From: the human T2T-CHM13v2.0 reference genome, Homo sapiens
NCBI RefSeq assembly: GCF_009914755.1
Contig: NC_060925.1
DNA: 64,000 nucleotides
Direction: 5' to 3' (one strand)
Every line of letters begins with the position of its first letter. The stretch's first letter is position 1. The position numbers and the translations under genes are program-made. This document shows, piece by piece, positions 14,417 through 31,852 of the stretch. Under the pieces are notes generated by a model. The model was not told where the DNA came from, searched no databases, and saw nothing but the letters and a program-made list of their open reading frames with translations.

Positions 14417-15055
14417 TGAAATGGCATCATTGTCTGGAGTAAATACCCGAGGTTTCTCATCTGGCACTGAGAAGATTAAGGACATGGACACACACAAGGA
14501 GTGGGCGTAGGATCGCAGGTTTAATAGGCAAAAGAAAGAGAAAGGAGAACAGCTCTGTCTCTTGTGAGAGAGAGGGGCACCCAAAAGTGAATTCTGGCCC
14601 CGGCTGGGGTGCACTGGATTTTATAAACAGGCTTGAGGAAGCAGTGTCTGATTTACATAGGGCCCAAAGATTGATTGGACCAGGTGTGATATTTACATAA
14701 TGTGCTAGGAAGCTGGCTGCCCCACCCTAATCTTATTATGCAAATGGGATCTTTGCCTGGCCAGCGCCATGTTGCCTTTTCCTTACTGTACACGTGGCTG
14801 GCAAAGAGAAGGGAAGATGGAGTTGCCATATGAACATGCCTAGTCCCAGGTAGCCTTTTCCTATTGGCACAACTGCTGCCATTCACCTTGCAAGCTTCCA
14901 ACTTGCTTGTCTATGTTTACATCTCTGTTTTACAGGTTCCACTTTGTTAGAAAAAGAAATGATTTGGGGGCTCCTATTATTAAAAGGAAAACTTTACCAA
15001 GGACTCCTGTACCCTCATTATCTGCCTAAATAATTTCTTCTTAACTCGTGTATCA
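14417..15055 (-). mobile_element. ERV1 solo LTR (MER50-like)
   Basis: TG...CA termini, 4-bp TSD ATAT; reverse complement begins TGATACACGAGTTAAGAAGAAATTATTTAGGCAGATA. Subfamily from memory. Confidence 0.8.
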
Positions 15056-15924
15056 ATATTAATATGTACTTTGGAATCAATCATTTGACTCAAAATGATT
15101 ATACATTTATAGTTTAAAATAGAAAGTGAGTACAATGATAGCCAATAATGTCATTCATACATTCAAACAGTCATAGGTCACTTTTACAATAAAGTTATCT
15201 AACTTTCTCTATTATATGTAAGTACAAATGGATTTTCTGGGATATTGTGCATATTCGACTCTAGAAGGTTTCCTATATTATTTATCCCAATATACATTTA
15301 TATCAACAGTTCCTTCTTAGGTGTTTTACATGTTAATGATTGGTGATGTCACATTTTAATATTTACAAATTGAGTGGCTATAAAATGTTTTACCATTGTA
15401 GTGTAAATTTGCATTTCCTTTATTACTAATTGGGTTTGGAATATATATTCACAGTTTAATTGGTATTTGATTGTTCTAATCTTTGAAAATGCAGGTTTTT
15501 TGACTTACCTTTTTGGGAGTTTTGGTATTTATTAGTTGGAGTCATCTTACTAATTCTGAATATAAAATCTCTTTTAATTATATGTAATCCAAATGCATTC
15601 TTTTTTGTGGCTAGTATTTTTCTTCCCTTTTTTGTGTATTATGAATATAAGTTGCTCGTTTTACTAAATAATCATCAATCTTTTCTTATGATGAATATTT
15701 TTTGTTTCTATTTAAAGGAATACTTCAAAAACACAGAGCCATTATACTATTTTTATTGTAAAAATTTACATGCTACCTTTTTTCATATTTTAAAATTGTG
15801 TGTTGATTTTATTCATGATAATAGCTATATTTTATTTTTAAATAAAATATGGCAAACTCAACATTTCCCTAACAATTTTTATAGTACCTTTCTCATACAG
15901 TATATGCTATATTGTATATTTTGT

Positions 15925-15997
15925 CCCCTCCCCTCCCCTCCCATCTTCTTTTTCTCTTTCACAGTGTGTCCCCTCCCCTCCCCTTCCCTCTTCTTTT

Positions 15998-16052
<55 letters not shown>

Positions 16053-16690
16053 CTTTCTTTCTTTCTTTCTTTCTTTCCTTCCTTCCTTCCTTTCTTTCCT
16101 TCCTTCTTTCCTTCCTTCTCTCTTTCTTTCCTTCTTTTTCTTTCTTTCTTTCTCTTCCTCTCTCTTTTTTTTCTTTCTTCCTTTTTGTTCTCTTTTTTCT
16201 CTTCCTTTCTTTCCTTTCTTTCTCTTTCTTTTGTTTTTTCTCTTTCTTTCTTTCTGCTGTTAAGAGTGAACTACTTTTTTCCCCTTTCCTTTCCTTTCCG
16301 TTCTTTTCTTTCTTTCTCTTTCTTCTTTCTTTCTTTCTTTTTTTCCTTTCTTTCCTTCTTTCTTTCTTTCTTTCTCCTTCCTTCCTTTCTTTTTTCTTTC
16401 TTCTGGCTAATAATATGCTTTGATTGAATATGCAATTTCTCCTGGTATCAAACAACTCAATCAAGGTTTATGCCTCTTGTTTTGGATTTGGAGTTGTTTG
16501 AAGAATCAACTACTTATTTTCTTTCTTTCTTTTTCTTTCTTTCTTTCTTTCTTTTCCTTTCTTTCCTTTCTTTTCTTTCTTTCTGTCTTTCTTTCTGTCT
16601 TTCCTTCCTTCCTTCATTCCTTTCTTTCTTTTTTTTCTTTTCTTTCCATTTTCTTCCTTTCTTCCTTCCTTTCCTTTCTTTATTTCTTTC
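15925..16690. repeat. Polypyrimidine (CTTT)n/(CCTT)n low-complexity tracts
   Basis: Two long TC-rich blocks; these explain the F/L/S-rich and K/R/E-rich spurious ORFs. Confidence 0.97.
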
Positions 16691-17139
16691 ACTATCCCAA
16701 GTGTGCCTGGCTCAAGTTATTCTTGAGAATGTTACTGTTTTACTCTTCATGCTAGACCCTGTACTTTAGTCAAGTTATTTAGCTACTTTATGGTGGTCAT
16801 ATAATTAACAAGTCTTAGCTTCATCTTCAGATTGCGATATCAACATTGTATTTTCAATGTACAGTCAATTGTCAGTGAATCACAGTACTTTTCAATTTAA
16901 CAAAATCTAAATTCCTCATAACCATGTTGTGAAAATAAGCAGAAAAATTTAAATATACTTGTGCGAGTACAGTAGACAGATATTGGAGTGTGTCCTGCAT
17001 GAGTGCAAACTGGCTGTGGTTTCCTTTAAAATAGTCACTTAAAGAAAACATTTGCCAAATACATCACAGAATATCAATTTTTCTGGACTTGTAAAACTTG
17101 AAATACTGGTGCCTTCTGAATGATTCTTCTGAAGTTAGA

Positions 17140-17400
17140 GTAGTCTGTCCTTATCTGTGGGAGACAAAAGCTGCATTAGTCCCTCTTATCCACGTGGGGT
17201 ATGTTCCAAGCCCCCCAGCAGATGCCTGAAATAGTTAATACTATAAAACCCAAGTAAGCTACATTTTTCCATCTGATAACTGTGAAGACTACTAAGTGAC
17301 TAACAGGCGGGAAGTATAAAATGTGTCTACACTAGACAAAGGGAGGATTCATGCCCTGGGCAGGATAGAGTTGAATGGCAAAGGATTTCATCACACTACC
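17140..17400 (+). mobile_element. TcMar-Tigger-type DNA transposon fragment (MER82-like)
   Basis: TAGTCCCTCTTATCCACGTGGGGTATGTTCCAAG..GATGCCTGAAA resembles a Tigger-derived terminal repeat. Confidence 0.55.
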
Positions 17401-17624
17401 TAGAATATTTTTTTTTATTGCTAAGTATTATTCCATTGTATCATAGGTCACAGACTGTTAATCCATTCACTTGTTGAAAGGCATTTGCATAGTTTTTGGC
17501 ATTTGTGAATCATGCTGGTAAGAAAAATATTCACCTACAGTTTTTATATAAACACAAATTTATTCCTCATGGCTTCATATCTAGGAGTGGCTTTGTTGGA
17601 TAAATGGCATGTCTCTGTGTGTGC

Positions 17625-21157
<3,533 letters not shown>

Positions 21158-21868
21158 TGTGTGTTTATTTTTATAAGAAATAGACAAACTGTTTTCCTGA
21201 GTGATCATATATTCTACCTTCACATACTCAGTGTATGCGAGTTCCAATTGTTCTACAACCTCACCAGCCTTTGAGATAGTGGTTGTTTTTCCATTAAGTT
21301 ATCCATTCTAATATGCGTGTAATGGTATCACATTCCCTAGTGACTAATGCTGCTGAGCATTTTCTTTGTACTTATTTACCATCTATGTACCTCCTTTAGT
21401 GAGGTACCTCCTTTAGTCCAAATTTTTTGCCCATTTTTCATTGGGTTGTTTGATTCTTTACTGAATTTTGAGACAACTTAATATATTGTGGCTACAAGTC
21501 CTTCACTGAGTAAATATTTTAGAAATATTTTTCTTGCATCTCTAGCTTTACTTTTATTTCTCTTAGCAGTCTCTTTCAATGAGCAAATGCATTTAATTTT
21601 GATGTTATCCAGTATATCAAATATTTCATTTATGGATTATGCTCTTTGTACCATCTAAAATTTCCTTGGCCTAAACCAAGGCCATGTACAGTTCTAGAAG
21701 TTAACATTTTACACATAGTTATATGATCGTTTTGAGTTAATTTTTGTATGAGGTATGAGAAATATGTTGAGGGTTTTTATTTTGCATTTGGATGCCTTAC
21801 TATTCCAGTATCCCTTGTTTAAAGGATTGTGTTTTCTTTATTGAATTGCCTTTGCTCCACTATTAAAT

Positions 21869-22797
<929 letters not shown>

Positions 22798-23430
22798 TTA
22801 TCTACAGTCCAGTGCCCCCCATGCCACTGGGGCTGACCCACAGACAAGCCCAGGCAGCTGCTTAGCTATGATGAACTAAGGGCCTTTGCTGGGGCCTTCT
22901 GTGTTGGCAGGGCAGTGCTGACTTTCAGCACATAAACTTGTCTGCAGCAGAGAAACCATTTGTGGTCTCAGAAGAAGTCTCAGGTGAGTTTTCTCAGAGC
23001 AGCTGGCACCCCATTTCCTTCTGTTTTTTTTTTTGTTGTTGTTGTTGTTTGTTTTTGTTTTTTCATCTTAGAGGCCTTGTGACCTATTTTGAGGTCTTGT
23101 TGATCCTCCCTAAGTCATAGGTAGGGCCTTATTTGAGGAGACCTCCCCTCAGATGGAAGGAGACTAGAGGGCATTGCTTGGGAGAAATGCTCTTGGATTT
23201 TGGAATCTGAAACTTTATATTTAAAGGTCTTTTGTTTGTGTTTGTCTTGTTATAGGTATTTATGTTTGTGGAGGTGTTCTCTGAAGAAATTACTAGTGGA
23301 AGAAATTACTAACTCAGGAAACTCTTCTTGTTTGTCTGGTCATTTATATTCACTTAGTCCTGAAGGAGTTGCTAGTGGAATCTCAGCAAGTCTAACTCAG
23401 GGTAACCGTCTGCTCTTCAATCCTTCCCAG

Positions 23431-23680
23431 AGTCCACCCACTGAACTCCTGACTGAAGGTCATCCCTCTCCAACTTGAGTAGATCAAATATGATGAGGGC
23501 TAATGGAACCAAGTTTGAGCCTTGCCAGGTCAATACTTGGGTTCTGAGTACGGTGACTAGTATCTGTGTTTGGTTACATGTATATAATTCCAGCCAGAAT
23601 GGGAAATGTTAATTCAGTTCCTCCCTGCAGCCCAGTGAGGGCTGGTGGCTTTGAGATTATTACTCTTTCTCTGCTGCAAA
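23431..23680 (+). pseudogene. Putative paralog of the FHL-1-specific terminal exon of CFH, within the ERV leader
   Basis: Acceptor TCCTTCCCAG at 23421-23430, then phase-1 AG TCC ACC CAC TGA (KSTH*, versus SFTL* in FHL-1); downstream GAAGGTCATCCCTCTCC..AATGGAACCAAGTTTGAG..CAGCCAGAATGGGAAATG..GCTGGTGGCTTTGAGATTATT matches my recollection of the FHL-1 3' UTR; correct position between SCR7- and SCR8-like exons. Confidence 0.75.
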
Positions 23681-24318
23681 TCCCACTGTCTCAGTGTATT
23701 GTTCTGTTGCTGTGCTGCAGGCATACAAATCTGACAGTCTTGTAACTATTTGTGGCAAGCCAGGTCGAGGTTACTCTCCTTGAGGGCATTTACTCACAGC
23801 CTAGTGCCCCCTTGCCACTGGAGCAGACCCAGAGACAAGCACTAGCAGCTGCTTAGTAGTTCTGATGAACTAATGGCTGTCCTTTAGTTCTCCCCATGTA
23901 ACCCACACTGTAATTTTGATGGGCTGCATCTTCCAAAATTGAAAAGCCTTTGTCTATCATTCCATAAAGCAAAACAAGATTATCTTATTTTTTAACATGG
24001 CTTGACCTCAATACCCATGGGGTTTGGGAGAACAGTGGCCACTGCATGGTTCTCATACATACAGTACCATCCTGTAGCTAGATTTGTTATGTATGAAGGA
24101 AGAGAAATGGGATAAAATCCCTTATGTATAATGTTTTATGTTGCTTTGGTAAAGTAGATCAATGTAGAAAAAACGGAAAAATTATGAATTAGCAAGAAAT
24201 TAAAACCTGTTTGGATTGATTTACAAGAGAAAGAACTTATGGAGGAGCTGCAGCAGCACTACTGGCACCTAAGCCAGAGTCCCCACCACCAAAAAGTCAC
24301 AAACCCAGAGCAACAGGA

Positions 24319-24616
24319 ATTTTTTTTTTTTTTTTGATGGAGTCTTGCTCTGTCGCCCAGGCTGGAGTGCAGTGGCACGATCTTGCTCACTACAACCTCA
24401 ACTGCCTGTGTTCAAGAGATTCTCCTACCTCAGCTTCCTGAGCAGCTGGGACTACAGACACGTGCCACCAAGCCCAGCTCATTTTTGTATTTTTAGTAGA
24501 GATGGGGTTTCACCATACTGGCGAGCCTGGTCTCGAACTCCTGACCTCAGGTGAACCACCCCCGCCTTGGCCTCCCAAAGTGCTGGGATTACAAGCGTGA
24601 GCCACCGTGCCCGGCC
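24319..24616 (-). mobile_element. AluS-like within ERV gag
   Basis: Antisense Alu dimer starting with a T-tract. Confidence 0.92.
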
Positions 24617-25899
24617 TTTATCTCTGCTTCTTCTACCCAACAGGTGACTCCTTTTAGCTAGGGTATCACTTATACCTAACAGGGGACTCAATTTAGCCAG
24701 GATTTCACTCTGGCTCTGAAAGGCAGTTTCCCCTATAACAACTACCTATAGGAGGTGATGCTGCCACAGCCCAGCCTATAGGATTTATGTGGGTTTATTC
24801 TCTGTTCTCCACTACCCACCTATTTAATTAGAAAAATAATATGCCTATTTATTGAGAAGATCTAAAGTTTATGGAAGAAAAAGGATAAAAAAAAAATCCA
24901 AAGCATATGGAGAATCTATTCTCCTCTGTATTTGCCACCCACAATCCTACCTGAGCAGATACCTAAAATTTGCTCAATATTTTGTTGAGTTCAGAGAAGC
25001 AAAGAATGGTTTTAGAAAAAGCTAAGGAAAAGGCTGATCTTATTCACACTGACTCTCCCAGTAATCCAGTAAGGGCAGCAGTAAGGGCAGCTGCTCAGAT
25101 TGCAGTTCCCACCTCTGTCCTGGGATAGAATATAAACACTGGAGATAGATCTAACCTCGAACACTATCAAAACTGCATTTTGGCCAGCCTCTGCAAGGGA
25201 GTGCCCAAGGAAAGCGGCCTCAGTAAGGTCCAGGAGATCAAGCAGAAGCCTAATGAGTGTGCCTTTGGAATTTTTAGAACAAGTCTTTGAAGCTTTCAGA
25301 CAATAAATGGATATTGACTCAGAAGCCTCAGAAAATTTAAAGTTAGCTAATACGATGTTTATCCAACAAAGTACCCCAGCTATGCAGGGAAAGTTACAAA
25401 ATGTAGATGAGGCTTTGGACATGTTTATGTCTCAATTAGTGAAGATTGTTTTTAATGTATTTACTGATCACAATTTTAAATAGTGAAAAATAAAAACACA
25501 AGGAATAATGAAGAGAAAAGCTGACTTGTTAGCTGTGGCTCTGAACCTAGTAGTCCCTGGACCACAACAAGGGCCCTCATCAGATGCTCCATCTAAGGTA
25601 GGACCACCTGGGCCCCCAAAAGCCAAAAAAAAGGGACATCCCATTGCAGGTCCCAAGCAGTGTGCTTACTGCAACAGGGGGGACACTGAAAGGAAAATTG
25701 CCCATGCCTTACAAAGCCTGATGTTAAACACAGTCAGTCTTCTGCCCACCAAATGCCTGGGATAGCTGGGGAGCTTGAGAGAGATACTGAAGAAAAAGAC
25801 CAGAAATGATGGCACCCAGGGGCTTATCCTGACTCAAACAACACCCTCCATATTTCCCACATGGGGCTTGAGATCCTGATGATGGTGAGAAATCAGCTT

Positions 25900-28800
25900 C
25901 TGGACTTTCTAGTAGACATGGTGCCACCTATTTGGTGTTAAATATCTGGTTGTCTAAACTTTCCTCAGAAACTATGAAGGTGACTGAAATCTCAGGAAAA
26001 ATACTGATGAGATCATTCCTCCCAATTTTGGATTCTCAGCTAGAGCAAGGTAATTTAAAGCAGTTTTTCTATACATGTGTGAATGTCCCATCCCTTTGTT
26101 GGGGCAAGTCCTCTTAACCAAACTAAATGCTAAGATTACTTTTTCTCTGAGATGATTGGACATCCAGGTGCCTTCAGACCAAGCATGTGCTCTGCAGGCC
26201 ACATTATTACAACTGGAAGTCCTTGAAAGTGCCCTCATCCCTGAAGAGATACTCCAAAATGTTAGTCCGGGAGCATGGGAAATGGAAGGCCAGGGAAAAC
26301 AAAAACTGCATCTCCAGTACAAGTCAAGTTTTGTGCAGGAGTAGCGCTGCCAAATCTAAAACAGTATCCTTTGAGAGAAAAGGCACAGCAATGCATTTAG
26401 CCTCTGCTAATGGCCTTCCTGCAATACAGGAAGACTTCATCATTCCCCATGTAATGTCCTAAAGACACAGTCCTGGGTCAATTGAAGGGTGGCATGCCTG
26501 CCATACTGTGTGGTATCATGTACGTGTTTGATGATATCTGTCGTGAGATACTTGGGTACCAGAACCTTTTCTTCTGTGTTACATATCTACTCAGGAATAT
26601 TGATTCGTACAGGATTTGAGGGCTACTAGCCAAATTTTCAAAGTCATTTATCTGGTGGTACCCGATGCTTATACATTATTCATGACTTTAACCAGTGAGT
26701 TGTACTGGTGTTCAGTCTTGGATTTGAAAGATGCCTTCATCTGTATTCCTCTGAGTCCAGAGTCCCATGAAGTGTTTGCCTTTGAATACGAAGACACTGA
26801 CACTAAAGCAAACCAACAGTATTGCTGGACAATGCTTCCTCAAGGCTTCAAAAACTCACTAATTGGTTGGGAGGAAATACGTGCTAAGGAGTTTGGGACC
26901 TTCGATTGAAAAATGGGACTTTGTTTATTTATGTTGATGACATATCCATAGCCCCCAAAACTAAGGCAAACTGACCAGAATACTATACTGACTTTACATT
27001 TCTTGTCTGAATTGGGATCCAAGGTATCCAAGAAAAAGGCACAAATCTTGAAACCCTCAGTTACATATCTTGGATTTGAACTTTCTCAGGAGCAGAGCAA
27101 TCTGCTTTCGGACTGCAGAGAAGCTCTTGTCAGGGTGGCCAGACTCAGGACATGGCAGCAGCTGTGAGGGGTTTTTAGGTATGGCTGGATGTTGCCTTAT
27201 TTGATTTTCTTATTTTGGGCTTATAGCAAAATCTCCCTATAAAGCCCTAAGACCAGACAGTTGACTTCTGGAATGGACCAAGGAATGTCAAAAGGCCTTT
27301 CTAACCATTAAATAAAAATTGTTAATGGCTCTGGCTACTGGTACCCCCTGAACTAAGAAAGCCATTTAATTTGTTCATATGTGAGAGAGAAGGGGTGAGT
27401 TTAGGAGTACTAACCCAAGACTTGGGGAATATCATGAGGCCTGTAGCCTACTTTTCAAAACAGCTGGACATTGTCCAAAACTGGGTTGGACTTCTTGCCT
27501 CTGAGCCATTGGTACCACTTGTGATCTTCTCCAGGAGGCAGAAGAGTTCACTTTGGGTTAACCTAGCACAGTACACACCCCACACTATGTATGCTCTTTG
27601 TCAGAGCAGAAGTGGATCTACTGACTTAATTCTAGAAGACTGAATAGATATCAGGCCATCTTCCTGCATAATCCCAGTGTTACTCTGAGAGCTGTTTCTA
27701 CTCTAAATCCTGCTAACTAAATCTATACATGATTGCTTATAAAGTATTGAGCAAGTTTATTCTATTCAACCAGACTTGACCAAAATTCCCTTTAAAAACC
27801 TGGACTTAGAAATATTCACTGAGGAAAGCAGCTTTATGAACCACAGACAACAGAAGGCTGAGTATGCTATGGTAACCCTGTGACAGATCCTAGATGCAGA
27901 GACACTCACTCTGGGTTCATCAGCACAAAAGGCAGAACTTAGAGTCCTAAACAGGGCATCCCAACTATGTAAAGACTCCTGAGTCACCATTTGCTCTTAT
28001 TCCAGGTATACTTTTATTGTTGTCCATGCTTATGGGGCTACTGGAAAGAAAGGGGATTCTTAACCTTTGGTGATTAAAAAAAATGATTAAGCATGCTAAA
28101 GAATCTTAGCCTGACTAAAGACAGTCTTGGTACCCAAGAAAGTAGCTATACTACACCACCCTGGACATCAGTGGATGGACAATTTGGTAGCAAGAAAAAA
28201 AATCACTAGGCAGACCAGGCCACTAAAGGGATGACCAGAGAAAAAATACCCAAAGCCTTGCTAATGCCATTAATCCCTGAAATAAACTTCAGCCTAAAAT
28301 CTATATCTATTTGGAAGAAGATCTAAAAGCACTTGATTGAGGCTTTGACTCCAATCAAAGAACCCAAAATGAGTAGATATGTAACACAGAAGAAAAGGTT
28401 CTTGTACCCAAGTATCTTACCACAGATATCATCAAACACATACATGATACCACGTAGTATGACAGGCATGCCACCCTTCAATTGATCCAGGACTACGTCT
28501 TTGGGACACACTTAAAGAAGGCTATCCAACAAATAATTCTAAAATACCTACTTTGTGCCCAGAACAATCTTAAGACTGGTCCTCCACCCCCAGTTCCAGG
28601 GATTCAAGCAAGAGGTGCAGGACAAATAGAGGACTGGCAAATTGATTTTAACGTGATGCCAAGGGTAGCAGGAAATTTTAAATACTTGCTGATATTTGTA
28701 GATACATTTTCAAGATAAATGAAAGCATTCCCCTGCAAGACCAAGAGAATGTATGAGGTTATAAAAGACTTGTTAGAGAAGATTACCCTCAGGTTTAGAT

Positions 28801-29410
28801 GGCCTGTCTTCATCCAGTGTGACTATAGTGCAACTTTTGTAGCCTAGGACACCATATATTCCAGGCCCTCAGCATAATCTGGAATCTTCATACAGCCTGG
28901 AGACTGAAGTCTACTGAGAAAACTGAAAAGTTAAATCATACTATAAAAAACAAAACAAACTTTTGCTAAGATTTGCCAAGAAACTAACAACCTGGAATAA
29001 AATTCTGTCCTTCTCCCTGCTCAGAGTAAGGGTGGTCCCTAAAAGTGGGCTTAAATAAGCCCTTTATAAATTTTATATGGGAGATTATTCTGTTCTCTTC
29101 TCAGACTAAGGAATGCCAATAATATACACATAAAGAAATTAGATATTATCAAATATATACAATCTTTAGGTCACACTTTAATTACTATTCATGAGTTTGT
29201 GGTTCCAGCAGATTGTGGTATCCAACTGACATTCTCTTGCGTCGCATCCAACCAAGAGACTGGATTCTGCTCAAGACCAGGAAAAGTCAACATCCTGAGG
29301 ACCACTTGAAAACACAGTGAAAGAGGCCATACAATGCATGACTGGTGACTCATTCCTCTGTTCGGGTGAAGGACTTAGACCCTGGATTCACCACAGCCAT
29401 ATAAAACCCA
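25900..29410 (+). pseudogene. ERV pro-pol remnant (protease, RT, RNase H, integrase) with stops and frameshifts
   Basis: ORF fragments 26616..26909 (VLDLKDAF, WTMLPQGFKNS), 27371..27643 (GVLTQ..RPVAYFSKQLD), 28482..28718 (WQIDF..KYLLIFVDTFS). Confidence 0.9.
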
Positions 29411-29849
29411 CCCCGCCAGACTCTAGTGCTATCAAGAAATGTAGAAAGGCCAACCCTATCTGAATGGATAAGTACATCTTTGATGGGCCTCAAATATCTT
29501 TTGAAGAAAAATATCATATAAATAACAAACTTAAAGAAAATTAGACAAAACACATGTCCTCTTGACAACTACAATAGTTACTTTGAGCATAATAGGAATT
29601 TTTGTTATAATTATTTTACATAAAAAGGTGAGATACCTTCCTGTCTATTCCGTGCCTTACTGAATGCTTAACCCATAGATTTACCTGGTCATTATAATTG
29701 CCTTGGTCATTACAATTGCTACACTTATAGATTTTACTTCACAATTGCCTTGGTCATTACAATTGCTAGACTTACAGATTTTCCAGACATCCTATACCAT
29801 GCTGACTTAGTCTCCTGCCTCCCATTATTTGGACATTCTAAAATTTAGA

Positions 29850-31110
29850 AATGGTCACTCTTGTTTTAAAACTTCTAATAAATTTCCTTTTACTGCAATG
29901 CCTAGACAGGGATAACAACACTGTAGTTAAACTGCTTCAAGGTATTGCCACTGGAAGAAACCTACCAGAATGATGGATCTGTCAGTAACTCCCTCAAACG
30001 ATTCAAAATAAGCATTTTCTGTTAGTCATACTTGTAACTGACTTTCTGTCCCAAATACGACTACCTATCTGCAACAGCTTCTTTCCATGGCTAATTTCCA
30101 GGTCCAACTGGTAGTACACCAAGAAATCACCACCCCACATCTCAATCTCTCTCTATATATCATAAATGGAAAGTCATTCCATAACATAGGCCCTCCATGG
30201 CCCATGGCATAATGGGTAGACAAATGCAGCCAGGAGAAGGGAAATAAAATTAAAAGTTTCTCTTTGCTGTGCCAAAAATATTTACAGTGGGGAATATCAC
30301 ACAAATTTTGGGGAGCCTGTAGAAAAAGATCCACAGTTCAATTCCATTTGTCTATATTCCCCATGAAAAAAAACCATCAATACATGCATCTTTGAGGGCT
30401 TCACTTGTGTGTCCCCTTGGCAAATGTTTATTTGTGACACAGGATCAGAACCTCCTCTGTTAGGACAAGCTCACTGGTGTCTCAATAACCTGTATATTGA
30501 GGGCTCTTACTTATTGGGACACTGGTCAGTCCATCCTAATGACTAAAGATTCTGCCCATTTTCCCACGGACTCCAAAAGCCACTGCCAGGCATATATCAA
30601 TATATCCGGTGACAGGGCCTTCTTGGGCATCACAATTCCTAGCTATGAAGTATACACTAACTGGGTCATGATCAGAAACTTACCGGCAACTTTAGAAATA
30701 ATTGCAAAAGAGGCTGCTAAGAACATTAAGGCTGAGAAAACTCTTTAAATTTACTTACCCAGATAGTTCTTAACAATGGAGCTGCACTTGATTTTCTCTT
30801 GGCTTTACCGAGGGGAGTCTGTACAGTGATCAATACCACCTGTTATACTTATATCAATGCTTCTGGTAAAATAAAAACCAAGCTAAAGAAAATATTTCAG
30901 CAGTCTCGCTGGAGACCATATGTCTACACCACAGACCCTAAGTCTGACTAGCTTTTTGAGCTTTTCCCCTCGATACTCCACGTTTTCCAGTCCATTTTCC
31001 AAGGGCTCTTAAAGTTCAAGCTCACAATTCTGTTTATAGGGCTTACAGTTTACATCATAGGCTGCTATTCAATTAAATATTACAATAAAACCATAGACTG
31101 AAGTACTAAC
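29850..31110 (+). pseudogene. ERV env remnant
   Basis: 30745-30870 reads LNLLTQIVLNNGAALDFLLALPRGVCTVINTTCYTYINASG: degenerate immunosuppressive domain and CX6C(C) motif. 5' boundary approximate. Confidence 0.82.
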
Positions 31111-31303
31111 ATGTTCATGCAGCACCTTCAGCTGGGTGTAACGACTTGCAGGTTGTTACAATACGGTTTCATTCCTCTAATCCCGACTCATTCTCTGACT
31201 GTGCCCCTTGTCAGCAAAAAGAAGCTAGAGTCGTCATTGCCTGTTTCCCACCATATTAGCTGTTACACCTCAAGATTAAGAAGGGATCAAGCCTGGGAGG
31301 AAC

Positions 31304-31816
31304 TGAAACTGTCCCTAAGAAAATTACATAAAATTGATTAAGGGGGGAAAATTCATCTACGCTTTCAGGACAAGCAGCAGTAATCATTAGGCCAGCTTTC
31401 CCTTTGTCCTACGTCTTTGTAGCTGGTCATGGATTACTACCACCCTAGGATAATGTAGCCCTTGTCACAAGACCTTTTGGTCCTTTTCTTTTCTACAGAT
31501 AAAATCTAAGACATTGTGAGACTATAATCTTTCTGCATGAGTTTCTCCTTTAGGTTCGGCATACCAAAAAACCTATCAACATACTCGTCAACAAGGCAAA
31601 ACCACATTTTCACAAAAAATTAAAGAAATTAGGCCAGGCATCATGGCACAGGTCTGTAGTACCAGCTGCTCAGGAGATCTGAGGTGGGAGGACCACTTGA
31701 GCCTGGGAGGCAGAAGTTGCAGTGAGCTGAGGTCACGCTACTGCAGTGAGGTCACGCTACTGAAATCCAGTTGGGCAACAGAGCAAGACCATGTCTCAAA
31801 AACAAAAAACAAATAT

Positions 31817-31852
<36 letters not shown>

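Noticed and set aside
15607-16769. Long ORFs of 99-218 aa on both strands
   Set aside because: Translations of stop-free (CTTT)n tracts; low complexity, no domain.
29683-29785. Small tandem repeats (CCTTGGTCATTACAATTGC) between pol and env
   Set aside because: Ordinary local slippage duplication with no sign of function.
29850-31110. Domesticated env (syncytin-like)
   Set aside because: Multiple stops and frameshifts, degenerate immunosuppressive motif, no long ORF.
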